DNA of 63,152 nucleotides, filler included, from Octopus bimaculoides (GCF_001194135.2; 6 parts of 6 records of this genome joined end to end with filler, not necessarily neighbours in it); one strand, 5' to 3'; positions 48,700-61,139 are shown, counted from the whole stretch's first letter. Notes: generated by a model from the letters alone, not told the origin. A program made the numbers and translations.

Positions 48700-48960
48700 T
48701 GGCATGTTCAATGGTGCCCTGTGGACTTGATTGCAAAGGCATTGCTGTGGAGAATGGGCCAGCAACATTCGTTCCAGCAGCCAGTCCACCTAGTGGGGCT
48801 CATTTCTCAGGTGGACCACAATTATTCTGATTTTGTGGAGGAAATCATCCATGCAGGGTCTGAGAACACCTGAGGTCACTACTGCAACCAGCACAAACTG
48901 GTAGCGGCCGGTCAGGCTCCGGTATTTGTCTGTTTTTCCTCTCCTCTGCATTATGGGTAA
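48700..48960 (-). mobile_element. CRE-clade-like non-LTR retrotransposon C-terminal relic
   Basis: KTDKYRSLTGRYQFVLVAVVTSGVLRPCMDDFLHKI...VDWLLERM / AILHSNAFAI (48729-48758) match the KY..F.P.AVET.G...WL.QR.S.A...GNA ending of CRE-type RLE elements (recalled consensus). Confidence 0.7.
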
Positions 48961-51225
48961 TTCTTCATTGTGAGATGGCAAATGATAATATAATTTGATG
49001 GGCGGGTGGGGGATTGTATTGTAGTGTCTGAATGCAAAGGCAGACATACTTACAGATAATTCATACACAAACACACACAGATGAAAAGATGCTGAAGACT
49101 ATTCTGACATACGAGAAAAGATGTTTTATTCTGTTAAAAATATTAAATTGACCACACCAGATCAAAACAAAACAAGAGATTTGAAACAACAACAGTTATT
49201 ACAAGAAATTCCATGCCATGATAATGTTGCTTATATTTACGAAGAAATGGTCGTGAGAAAATTTATGAAACATTTCAAATAACAAACAATGCAAGCAAAG
49301 AATGATGTGTATGTCTGTTTATAACATGTGTATGTATGTGTGCATGAGAAAGAGAGAGAGAGGGGGAGAGGGAGAAAGAGATGGGGTGAGTTATGTATTT
49401 GAGAGAATTTGAAAAAATCATCTCGTGTGGATTCATCAGAAAACAATTCCTGTTTGTTGAAATAGAAAAAAAAGGTTTTTATNNNNNNNNNNNNNNNNNN
49501 NNNNNNNNNNNNNNNNNNNNNNNNNNNNNNNNNNNNNNNNNNNNNNNNNNNNNNNNNNNNNNNNNNNNNNNNNNNNNNNNNNNNNNNNNNNNNNNNNNNN
49601 NNNNNNNNNNNNNNNNNNNNNNNNNNNNNNNNNNNNNNNNNNNNNNNNNNNNNNNNNNNNNNNNNNNNNNNNNNNNNNNNNNNNNNNNNNNNNNNNNNNN
49701 NNNNNNNNNNNNNNNNNNNNNNNNNNNNNNNNNNNNNNNNNNNNNNNNNNNNNNNNNNNNNNNNNNNNNNNNNNNNNNNNNNNNNNNNNNNNNNNNNNNN
49801 NNNNNNNNNNNNNNNNNNNNNNNNNNNNNNNNNNNNNNNNNNNNNNNNNNNNNNNNNNNNNNNNNNNNNNNNNNNNNNNNNNNNNNNNNNNNNNNNNNNN
49901 NNNNNNNNNNNNNNNNNNNNNNNNNNNNNNNNNNNNNNNNNNNNNNNNNNNNNNNNNNNNNNNNNNNNNNNNNNNNNNNNNNNNNNNNNNNNNNNNNNNN
50001 NNNNNNNNNNNNNNNNNNNNNNNNNNNNNNNNNNNNNACTGATCTTCCAAACATGCAGAGGTAGTAATATAATGTTGTTATTATAAATGTGAGGTAGTGA
50101 TATCCATGCTGCTATGAGGAAAGAAACCATTGTGCTGTGGAGTCTCCTCTCAGAGGACGAGTCTAGAAGAGTAGCCATCGAATAAGATATGTGGAATGGT
50201 GAGTGCAAGTCGGTGTTTTTACATGATCAGGTAAGCCAAGAACTTGCATGAAGTGAGGTAGCCAATTGCACATAGCATCCACATCTAGTGAGAAAATATT
50301 AGCAATGGTAGAAGGGTGATTGATGTGGATCTGAGATGTTCAGGTTTCAAGTCATTATTGAAATAACCCTCTTTCAATTTATGCTGGAGGATTCTGTTCA
50401 TCTATTTAGATGAAGAATAAGATTCTTTGGAGTCTGATGAAGTACTTTGAAGGGACAATAGTTGAGTGATAAGGTGCTTAAATTGAACCCTTAATCCAAC
50501 CCTCGCGGACAAACTAAGGTGGCCGGTCACTGGCAAAGGTTGGGTGGCACATTTATGGGAATCATCTAGACACTGTTTGGATGGTCATCAGGATTTGACA
50601 TGGTTTAACATAAGGGGTGAAAAGTTGCACTGTGGACATACTTTTCTCTTTCCACTGTCCAGACTATCCTCTTATGTTCTTGTGGTAGCCATTGTGAAAT
50701 GGGAAAGGTGGACTTGGTCAGAGCTTGACAGTTGCTCTTCCACTATTCTGTATTACTTGTTGCGTGCATCGAAACATGGTTCTTGGAATGTGTGTGTGTG
50801 TGTGTGTGTGTGTGTTGTAGTGGTGTAGTGGTTATATTGTTCTTGCTAATTGTATTGTGGTGGGTGTTTAGCTTCAAATCAATCCCCATCGATCTTAAAA
50901 TCAAAGACATTTTCTTTCAAAGTTTTCAATAATCTACAATCCCCACATCACATGTTTCTATTTGAAATGGATTTGCTTATCCTCTTCATACTATTTATTA
51001 TTGTTGTTGTTGTTGATGGTTGTGTTTGTGTTGATGATACCCAAACCTTAACTTCTCAGACAAACATCAGAAAAGTTAACCTTGGCAGATCCTCAACAGG
51101 TTTCTTCACATACTTAACTATTACGAAATTATTCTAGTTATATTATTATTATTATTATTATCATTATTATTATCATAAGTATTGTTGTTGTTTATGCTGT
51201 AGTTGTTGTTATTATTATCATTATT

Positions 51226-51712
51226 GAGTGAGAGAGCAGTGCATGCCATCAAAGTGACACTAGGGTAAAATATACAATGTCCTTTATACTCATCATGACT
51301 ACCAGTCCGATAAGGGTACACCAGGCACATACATCACAATCATATGTGCACGACATGGGGATCTCATATCAAGATAAACAGTGCATGACCTCGCAGGTGG
51401 GACCCTGTTAGAATTTTCTTCAGGTCGAGTAGCCCATCCTGCTCAAAAGGTCCCTGAATAAAGTTTGTTTAAGGATGTTGAGCAAAACACCCATGTTTCC
51501 AAAGGTGAATTATCCAAACCCCACAGGATTCCTCTCAACACATGACTATAATGCTCTCCCACTACTTTTGCTCGTTATGAGATGCACATATCATCAGTCA
51601 CCAAGGGACATGCTCAACTGGTTAAGGTCAAACAACTGACAAGCATATCTGTGGTATTAAACAGAATATTTGGTGTAGCCCAGCTTTTATACCAAGACAA
51701 AACAATGTACAT
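51226..51712 (-). repeat. Non-coding interspersed repeat flanked by (TAA)n on both sides
   Basis: 487-bp complex sequence sandwiched between (ATT)n tracts; minus strand ends GCACTGCTCTCTCACTC-AATAAT. Family identity is inference. Confidence 0.5.
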
Positions 51713-51737
51713 TATTATTATTATTATTATTGTTATT

Positions 51738-52056
51738 GTTCAGTAGTTTTATTTTTATAACGTACTTTCACTTCACTACTGAGCGCAGCTCTGTGCCTTG
51801 GGTATGTGCTGTGGTTTGCTGTGATGCTCTTATGGTTACTGTATTGAAAGTGTTTTGCGTAGGATGTGTGCAGTGTCCAGTAGTGCAATTTTCTGTATGT
51901 TATATATATTTGTAAGTCCTGGTGTTTTTGTTATGTATTTGTCTGAATATTTTTTTATTATACCTAAGGCACCTACTATGATAGGAATTGTTTCTGTTTT
52001 TAGATTCCACATTCGAGTTACCTCTATTTCCAGGTCTTTGTATTTTGAAAGTTTTT
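51738..52056 (-). mobile_element. R4/Dong-like LINE 3' end, family 2, copy 4
   Basis: Same family as 42607-42960; 3' end abuts (AAT)n; 5' side cut by gap. Confidence 0.9.
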
Positions 52057-52156
52057 NNNNNNNNNNNNNNNNNNNNNNNNNNNNNNNNNNNNNNNNNNNN
52101 TTAATTAATTAANNNNNNNNNNNNNNNNNNNNNNNNNNNNNNNNNNNNNNNNNNNN

Positions 52157-52191
<35 letters not shown>

Positions 52192-52605
52192 ATGTATATA
52201 TATATATATATACGTCTTTTTATACTTCAATAGCTTTGTACCATAGGTTTCAGGTAAATATATTCACAATTATTCAATTGGGGTTTTGTTAATGGATGAC
52301 AATCCTGCCGTCTTCATAGAAACCTATAGTATTAGACTATTGAATTCTATTTGAAAAAAAAAAATCGATCCATCAGTGCGGTGTTCAGAACTTATTCTTC
52401 CACTTTGTCACAAGTATGTGTGTGCATGTGTGTGCATATGTGTGCTTGTGTGTGTGCATGTACACATATACACATACACACACATATATACATGCACACA
52501 CACACACACACACACATATATATAATATGCACATATATATGCATATACATGTATACAATACGTACATATATGCCTTAATGCACATACATTGACATGTGTA
52601 TGTGC

Positions 52606-52683
<78 letters not shown>

Positions 52684-52779
52684 GCACACATACATATATA
52701 AGTGTGTGTATGTATTATATGTATATCTATATACATACATACACACATAGATATATTAGTAGGTGTGTGTTTGTGTATG

Positions 52780-52818
<39 letters not shown>

Positions 52819-53309
52819 NNNNNNNNNNNNNNNNNNNNNNNNNNNNNNNNNNNNNNNNNNNNNNNNNNNNNNNNNNNNNNNNNNNNNNNNNNNNNNNNNN
52901 NNNNNNNNNNNNNNNNNNNNNNNNNNNNNNNNNNNNNNNNNNNNNNNNNNNNNNNNNNNNNNNNNNNNNNNNNNNNNNNNNNNNNNNNNNNNNNNNNNNN
53001 NNNNNNNNNNNNNNNNNNNNNNNNNNNNNNNNNNNNNNNNNNNNNNNNNNNNNNNNNNNNNNNNNNNNNNNNNNNNNNNNNNNNNNNNNNNNNNNNNNNN
53101 NNNNNNNNNNNNNNNNNNNNNNNNNNNNNNNNNNNNNNNNNNNNNNNNNNNNNNNNNNNNNNNNNNNNNNNNNNNNNNNNNNNNNNNNNNNNNNNNNNNN
53201 NNNNNNNNNNNNNNNNNNNNNNNNNNNNNNNNNNNNNNNNNNNNNNNNNNNNNNNNNNNNNNNNNNNNNNNAAGGGTGAGACAAGCCCCTCCACCCAGCT
53301 AAGCCTGTA

Positions 53310-53352
53310 TCCAGAGACATGTTTCTGAGTTTTTGCTCGTCATCAGTCTGGA
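53310..53352 (-). ncRNA. Minimal type-I hammerhead ribozyme motif (Penelope-like), near-canonical
   Basis: UCCAGA-CUGAUGA-C-GAG(CAAAAA)CUC-A-GAAA-CAUGUC-UCUGGA: perfect 6-bp stem I, palindromic ACAUGU stem III, GUC cleavage triplet; C/A mismatch at base of stem II. Confidence 0.7.
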
Positions 53353-53644
53353 ATAGCAATGGCCTGCTAGTTGGAGATGCCTGTCAAGCTCTCGTAAACA
53401 CGTCTCCCTCTTGTAAACATAAGGAAACAGGAAATGTGTCAAGGCCAACAGGAAGCGGTGCTGCTTCCTAGGGCTAAATAGCAGTAGTATTATTCCCTTC
53501 ATGGGACTGTCACATTAAGTTGACAGCATACAACTACTTTATCGCATCACTACTGCATAAATCTCTTGACCACACTCGAATGGTGCTTTTTATGTGCCAC
53601 CAGTATGGGAGCCAGTCAGGCGGCACTGGCAACAACCATATACT

Positions 53645-53893
53645 CTTTTACTCTTTTACTTGTTTCAGTCATTTGACTGCAGCCATGCTGGAGCACCGCC
53701 TTTAGTCGAGCAAATCGACCCCAGGACTTATTTGTTGGATGCCTAGTACTTACCACACAGCCACTCCTGCGCCTATATATATCTATATATATATATTCTA
53801 TTGGTTTCTTTTACCAAACTGTTTAGTTATGGGGTCATCAAGAAACCAACACTGGCTATGAAACTGTGACGGAAGACAAACACAGAAACACAA

Positions 53894-53928
<35 letters not shown>

Positions 53929-54090
53929 ATGAGCTTCTTTCAGTTTCTGTCAACCAAATTCACTCACAAGACTTTGGTTGGCCCAGAGCTATAGCAACAT
54001 ACACTTGCTGAAGATGCTACAGAGTGGAACTGAACCCAAGAACACATCGTCCAGAAGCATGGTCGGAACCCACAACTATGTCAGTATATA
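53645..54090 (-). mobile_element. SINE family B with a nested second head fragment
   Basis: Tail type A at 53645-53750, head start TATAGGCGCAGGAGTGGCTGTGTGGTAA at ~53750-53777, remaining tail, (CA)n hinge, head at ~53930-54085. Confidence 0.8.
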
Positions 54091-55086
54091 TGTGTGTGTG
54101 TGTCCGTACCCGTGTGTGTCTGTGTTTCTGTGTATGTGTATGTGCATGTTTGTGTGTGTGTTTATGTGTGTCTACACCAGTAATAAAGAAAAAAATATAT
54201 AATTTAAACTACTTCCTTTTTTGGCCACACCTCACCAGGCTGTAAGTTACAAAATGAAAGACAGACATGTTATCGGCTTTAATAGTTTATTAGAAATTTT
54301 AGGTAAGTAAGGAGATTATGTTTAGAAAGAAAACACTGGTGAATAAATGAAAAGATCATAGAATTATGCAAAAATATTTGGGCCCTGAATGACAGTAACA
54401 TGTTGACAGAAACAAAACTGTTATTTAGTTATGGGGCACTTGACTTCAGCAAAGTAAAAGAAGTTCGTAATCAGATCTTGGAGTGGAAGCAATTAAATTA
54501 TATTAACTAACATTATAGTACTTTTAATGACTGCATAATAGTTTATAATAGCAGTCTTAAGTGTGAGTCACAGACACAAAAAGGCAGAAATACAAATATA
54601 TATATATATATANNNNNNNNNNNNNNNNNNNNNNNNNNNNNNNNNNNNNNNNNNNNTTAATTAATTAANNNNNNNNNNNNNNNNNNNNNNNNNNNNNNNN
54701 NNNNNNNNNNNNGTACATGTATATATTCATGTATGTCTTACTATCTCTTTCTTCTCTCTTCAAAGCTATGTGCGTGTATCTATGTGTGTATGAGTGTATG
54801 CGTGCGTGCACGTGTAGATTTATATATTTGTGTATGTATTTATATATATACATGTGCAACTGTATATATGTGTGTGTATGTATGTATGGAGGTGCGTGGT
54901 TAAGTGGTTAGGGTGTTGCATTGATTATTTCAAAAATTGTGGTTTCGATTCCAGGACGCCCCATTATACATGCCCCCAGTTCGCTCAGCCGGGAAACCTG
55001 GGAAAGCTAACCCTTCGGCCTTTGTCTCAGGAGAGACATTTGATCCTTCACACACACACACACACACACACACAGAGATACAATTG

Positions 55087-55122
<36 letters not shown>

Positions 55123-55764
55123 NNNNNNNNNNNNNNNNNNNNNNNNNNNNNNNNNNNNNNNNNNNNNNNNNNNNNNNNNNNNNNNNNNNNNNNNNNNNNN
55201 NNNNNNNNNNNNNNNNNNNNNNNNNNNNNNNNNNNNNNNNNNNNNNNNNNNNNNNNNNNNNNNNNNNNNNNNNNNNNNNNNNNNNNNNNNNNNNNNNNNN
55301 NNNNNNNNNNNNNNNNNNNNNNNNNNNNNNNNNNNNNNNNNNNNNNNNNNNNNNNNNNNNNNNNNNNNNNNNNNNNNNNNNNNNNNNNNNNNNNNNNNNN
55401 NNNNNNNNNNNNNNNNNNNNNNNNNNNNNNNNNNNNNNNNNNNNNNNNNNNNNNNNNNNNNNNNNNNNNNNNNNNNNNNNNNNNNNNNNNNNNNNNNNNN
55501 NNNNNNNNNNNNNNNNNNNNNNNNNNNNNNNNNNNNNNNNNNNNNNNNNNNNNNNNNNNNNNNNNNNNNNNNNNNNNNNNNNNNNNNNNNNNNNNNNNNN
55601 NNNNNNNNNNNNNNNNNNNNNNNNNNNNNNNNNNNNNNNNNNNNNNNNNNNNNNNNNNNNNNNNNNNNNNNNNNNNNNNNNNNNNNNNNNNNNNNNNNNN
55701 NNNNNNNNNNNNNNNNNNNNNNNNNNNNNNNNNNNNATATAAACATGTATACATATACATACGT

Positions 55765-55820
<56 letters not shown>

Positions 55821-55989
55821 ATGGTATATGTATAGTAAATATATGATATGTATATGAATATACATGTCTATTTATGCATGTTTATATATCTCTCTCTGTG
55901 TCTCTCTGTCTACCTATGTTTGTCTCTTTGTTTCTTTCTTGCACATGCCACGACAAATCCATTTTGATTGTTTTCTTTCACGGGATAAA

Positions 55990-57130
55990 TATATACTATT
56001 GGTATAAAGGTGGACGTAGAGTAGATAGGCTGAAAGTTAGAGGTCTATCTTGGAACGTCACTATATCTGCAAAAATCATGAAACGAATTATGAAAAGTAA
56101 ACTAATAATGTTCTTTGCAGAAAATGATTTGGCGCGCAGCGCTGATGACAGTTTTTGTCGAAGAAGAGGCTGCTTGACACACCTCCTTCCATTCTACTTC
56201 TCGGTGTTTAAACAGTTGCTCAATCAATACTTGCGAAGAACTTCGATGAATTCAGCCAGAGAATAGTGTCACAAACTGCATGATCTTGATATAGTCAGGA
56301 AATTAGGAGAATAGCAGCATGACTTTCTTTTATGACACAGCCGAAAGAATATCGCAGCCAACTGTGCTCTATTAAAGGAAACATCAACTTTGAGTGGAGT
56401 GCTGCAGGGACCAGTCTTGTGGCTATTGCTATCTGTCGTTACTATATCGGGTATGCTCTCAGTTATGCAGCCATTCTTACTAGCTATGCTGATGACATGT
56501 AAGTATCTCGACAATAAATAAACCTTGTAATAATGCAAATCTATAATAGCAGGGGTTTAATGCGATCTACAAGTGAGTTGAAGACAGAAACATACAATTT
56601 AACGTTGAAAAATTTCTAAACCCACCGCTATCAGCCTATAAGCATTCCATAACCAGGGTACAGAGGTTCCGGATGGATTGCAATTCCAGAGTCCAGATTG
56701 TACGTTACCTGGGAATAATATGAGTAATAATGCCTCTTTTCATCTACTTAGCAGCAAGACAGCAATAGCATGCAAAAGGTTAGCAGGTTCGATTCTAAGA
56801 TAATTCAGTGCTGTGCAGGAAACCATGCTACTTTTGTGGAGAAAATTTATCTCCAGCGGCCTAGACTACTGCTCACAGCTATGGTCACCAAAATGTACTA
56901 ACAGCTGATTTAGACACAATCCAGCGATGTCTCACAAAGATCGATGCAATGCAAAAGCTAAGCTACTGGAAGAAGTTGGAAGCATTAAATCTCTACTCCT
57001 TGGAGAAACGAAGGGAAAAATATACACTAATCTGTACATGAAGGATCCTTGAAGGACTTGTACTAAACTTCAGTTTTGAAAATTAGAACAATTGCAAAAT
57101 GGGTTATCACTGTTAGATCCAAAAGTCCCA
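55990..57130 (+). mobile_element. Degenerate CR1-type LINE reverse transcriptase region
   Basis: KIMKRIMKSKL..FFAEN..RGCLTHLL; HKLHDLDIVRKLGE; SGVLQGPVLWLLL (SGVPQG.LGP.LF); SYADD at 56482-56496; RYLGI; LDYCSQLWSP; LSYW..LEALNLYSLEKRRE.Y; WRILEGL. Confidence 0.9.
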
Positions 57131-57824
57131 GCTCCCTGATAAAAAAAGTGAGGGACATTCTATCATTGAACCAACCAAATCCTTCGGATTTTTCCCTCCT
57201 TTTTTAAAACTTTGTTCTTACTAGCTAGAATAGCAGGTTGTTAAAGTCATAAGAATTTAGAAAGTAATCAAGAAATCATGAAATAATTTAATTTTTAACG
57301 GCTGAAAAGCTGTAAGTCTATTAAGAATGTAAAGCTATTAGAAACAAACGAATGAAGTTAGCACTTAACTCATATTGTTGGACTTGCACATATTGAGTAA
57401 TAGTTTGACTTAGCTTCCCATGTTAATGAAAATTTTGTGAACATGGAAGAAAAAACGACCACGTCTTAGGACATATGGATTGTCTCCATGTTCGAAGAGC
57501 CTAACGCCTTTTTCTTCACGTCCATGGAAACATGAAATTTTAAGTAACTTGAGGAGTAAATGTTACTCAACACACACACACACACACACTATTTTATTTG
57601 GGAACCGTCATTAACCACACACACGATATACTCGCTCTTAACATCAGCTTAAATTACTATTTTTATTTTAGTCTCCTTTGTCTGAGATCTTTTGTCACAC
57701 ATCCTGTGACATCTTCAGTGACTCTCCATCCCACGTTATGTATGTGAATATGATGATGATGATGATGATGATGATAATAATAATAATAATAATAATTCTT
57801 TCTACTATAGACACAAGTCCTGGA

Positions 57825-57995
57825 ATTTGTGGGGAGGGGTATAGTCGATTACATCGACCCCAGTACTTGATGGGTACTTAATTTATCGACCCCGAAAAGA
57901 TGAAAGGCAAAGTCGACCTCGATGGAATTTGAACTCAGAACATAGCGATGAGCATAATATCGCTAAGCATTTCGTTCAGCGTGCTAACGATTCTG
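57825..57995 (-). mobile_element. SINE family A
   Basis: GTACTTAATTTATCGACCCCGAAAAGATGAAAGGCAAAGTCGACCTCGATGGAATTTGAACTCAG...CTAACGATTCTGCCAGC. Confidence 0.88.
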
Positions 57996-58269
57996 CCAGC
58001 CCATCGCCTTATTAATTATATTTATAATTATAATTATAATAATAACAACAACAACAGCAGACACAAGGGATGGAGAGTCTGTGAAGATGTCACAGGATGT
58101 GTGACAAAATATTTCAGACAAAGGTCACAAAAATTAGAATAATAATAAATCTGAAGTGAAGAACGAGCATAGAGTGTGTCTGGTTAATGGGCAAAAAAGA
58201 AAAAAAAAAAAAGAAAAGAAAAGAAACATCCGACATATGATTTCACAAAACAGGAGTCTTGAAGGACAA

Positions 58270-58347
<78 letters not shown>

Positions 58348-58455
58348 GTATTAATAATATCAGGGTAAGAAACATTTTAGAAATTTTTACTACCAGTGGC
58401 CTAGCGTGTAGAAAAATTAGTTAATAGACTATATATTATTCAAATAAATACAGTG

Positions 58456-58592
58456 TACATTTAAACACATAAGAGGTATCCATCATGGGATACCTGGCAC
58501 GCTAGAAGGAATAGCCAAAATCCAAACCACTGGCTATTCCTTCTAGCATGCCAGCTATCCTATGATGGATACTTCTTATGTGTTTAAATGTA
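58456..58592. repeat. Foldback inverted repeat, 62-bp arms, 13-nt loop
   Basis: 58456-58517 vs revcomp of 58531-58592: 58/62 Watson-Crick, two G-T, two mismatches. Confidence 0.95.
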
Positions 58593-58885
58593 AACTATTT
58601 ATATCTAACTATGTATGTATGTATGTATGTATGTATACATACATACANNNNNNNNNNNNNNNNNNNNNNNNNNNNNNNNNNNNNNTATATATATATATAT
58701 ATATATATATCATCTATCTTTGTATGTGTGTATGTAATCCATAATCGTTAGTCTGACAAAATATATTGTTTTGCTTATACTCACATTTTATTTTTGAGTA
58801 TTTTAACCTAGGTGGCTGGACATAGACTTTTTGTTAAGTTGTCAATACATACATACATACAGACAGACAGATATACATACACACA

Positions 58886-58944
<59 letters not shown>

Positions 58945-59437
58945 GCACACACACACACACTACAAACACACACACATTAATTACATATGAAACTAGCAGT
59001 GCAAATTTCCTCTCCCACTTCAGAACCAGGCATAGCGTTATTTTTAGCATTGCTATTACATATTGTTGAACAATGGGTGGGCCCTTGTCGAAAAAGGCAA
59101 AATACTCAATGAAAAATTACACATTAGGATGAAGGCTTGTATCAACCTAGTTATAGGTCTCCCAGCCTTATCCTATTGATCATGTTCAAATGAACAATCG
59201 ATGAGATCGCCCGAAAACGCGTCACGATGTACACACACACACACACATGTGTATGTATATGTGTATGCGTGTATGTATGTCTGTATGTATGTATGTATGT
59301 ATGTATGTATGTATGTATATGTGTGTGTCTGTGCTTGTCCACCACTACCACTTGAGAACCAGTGTTGGTGTGCTTACATCAACATAACCTAGCGGTTCGA
59401 CAAAACAGACTAATTCAATAAACAATCTTCCCGTAAA

Positions 59438-59468
<31 letters not shown>

Positions 59469-60559
59469 ANNNNNNNNNNNNNNNNNNNNNNNNNNNNNNN
59501 NNNNNNNNNNNNNNNNNNNNNNNNNNNNNNNNNNNNNNNNNNNNNNNNNNNNNNNNNNNNNNNNNNNNNNNNNNNNNNNNNNNNNNNNNNNNNNNNNNNN
59601 NNNNNNNNNNNNNNNNNNNNNNNNNNNNNNNNNNNNNNNNNNNNNNNNNNNNNNNNNNNNNNNNNNNNNNNNNNNNNNNNNNNNNNNNNNNNNNNNNNNN
59701 NNNNNNNNNNNNNNNNNNNNNNNNNNNNNNNNNNNNNNNNNNNNNNNNNNNNNNNNNNNNNNNNNNNNNNNNNNNNNNNNNNNNNNNNNNNNNNNNNNNN
59801 NNNNNNNNNNNNNNNNNNNNNNNNNNNNNNNNNNNNNNNNNNNNNNNNNNNNNNNNNNNNNNNNNNNNNNNNNNNNNNNNNNNNNNNNNNNNNNNNNNNN
59901 NNNNNNNNNNNNNNNNNNNNNNNNNNNNNNNNNNNNNNNNNNNNNNNNNNNNNNNNNNNNNNNNNNNNNNNNNNNNNNNNNNNNNNNNNNNNNNNNNNNN
60001 NNNNNNNNNNNNNNNNNNNNNNNNNNNNNNNNNNNNNNNNNNNNNNNNNNNNNNNNNNNNNNNNNNNNNNNNNNNNNNNNNNNNNNNNNNNNNNNNNNNN
60101 NNNNNNNNNNNNNNNNNNNNNNNNNNNNNNNNNNNNNNNNNNNNNNNNNNNNNNNNNNNNNNNNNNNNNNNNNNNNNNNNNNNNNNNNNNNNNNNNNNNN
60201 NNNNNNNNNNNNNNNNNNNNNNNNNNNNNNNNNNNNNNNNGAATTAGCTCCAAGAAGCCATCGCCTCTAGCTAGCTATGTGACACACGAAACCTGTGTCC
60301 TTTATAACCTTCGAACAGGGGAGGTCAGCAGTGTCCCCCTGCTGGTTTGGCATCTGCAGACTAGTTTCAGGGTGTTGCCCCTTGTCAATGCAGAGCAGCC
60401 AAGCCCTAGCCAGGCGGCGCTGCTGACTATCTACTCGAAGGTTATTTATCTAATTTCAGTGGAATCTATCCACTGGTTTTCAGAAATAGAGTTATTAATA
60501 TTTCTAAGTCTCTCTAAAGGAGACTACGGCAGCGGTACTGGAAAATATATATGTTTGTG

Positions 60560-60745
60560 TGTCCATGTTTGTCCCTCCACTATCACTTGACAACCATAAC
60601 TTAGCGGTTCGGCACAATAGACCGATAGAATAAGTACTAGGCTCACAAAGAATGAGTCATGGAGTCGATTTGTTCGACTAAAGGCCGTGCTCCAGCATGG
60701 CCGCAGTCAAATGAATGACTGAAACGAATAAAAGAATAAAAGAAT
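60560..60745 (+). mobile_element. SINE family B tail type A
   Basis: TAACTTAGCGGTTCGGCAC...ATAGAATAAGTACTAGGC...CTCCAGCATGGCCGCAGTCAAATG...GACTGAAACGAATAAAAGAATAAAAGA. Confidence 0.88.
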
Positions 60746-61139
60746 ATATTTACATACGCATGTACAAATACATATATATATATATATATATATATACATA
60801 ATACATGCACGCACATTCACACACATTCACACACATGCACACACACATACGCATACATACATACATATACGCACATACACACACCTCCACATAGTAATAA
60901 AGATACGTAAGTACAGTACACACTTATAGACATTGATGAGCAGGCATCGGAATACATAGACCTAGACAAGCAGATTCACGTCTGTATGTAGAATATAACG
61001 GATTGACATGCATACATTTATAAATTTAATAAAAGACAGTTCCACAACCATCATTTAGACACACAAACAGGGTGGAAGATGTGGATGTACTAAAAATATT
61101 GGGTTTCAAATCTTGGATCAAGGCCAGCTGTTTCAAAGG

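Noticed and set aside
56135-56175. CTGATGA...GAAG with GCAGC/GCTGC flanks resembling a hammerhead
   Set aside because: GAAG instead of GAAA, no UH site, and the sequence lies within the CR1 RT relic.
30190-60253. Long ORFs spanning N-runs (for example 40300..41709, 49237..50208, 54830..55798)
   Set aside because: Length comes from X codons in gaps and from (TA)n/(CA)n translation.
60241-60540. GC-richer segment starting near TGTGACAC, possible LTR
   Set aside because: No second copy, PBS, PPT or TSD visible.
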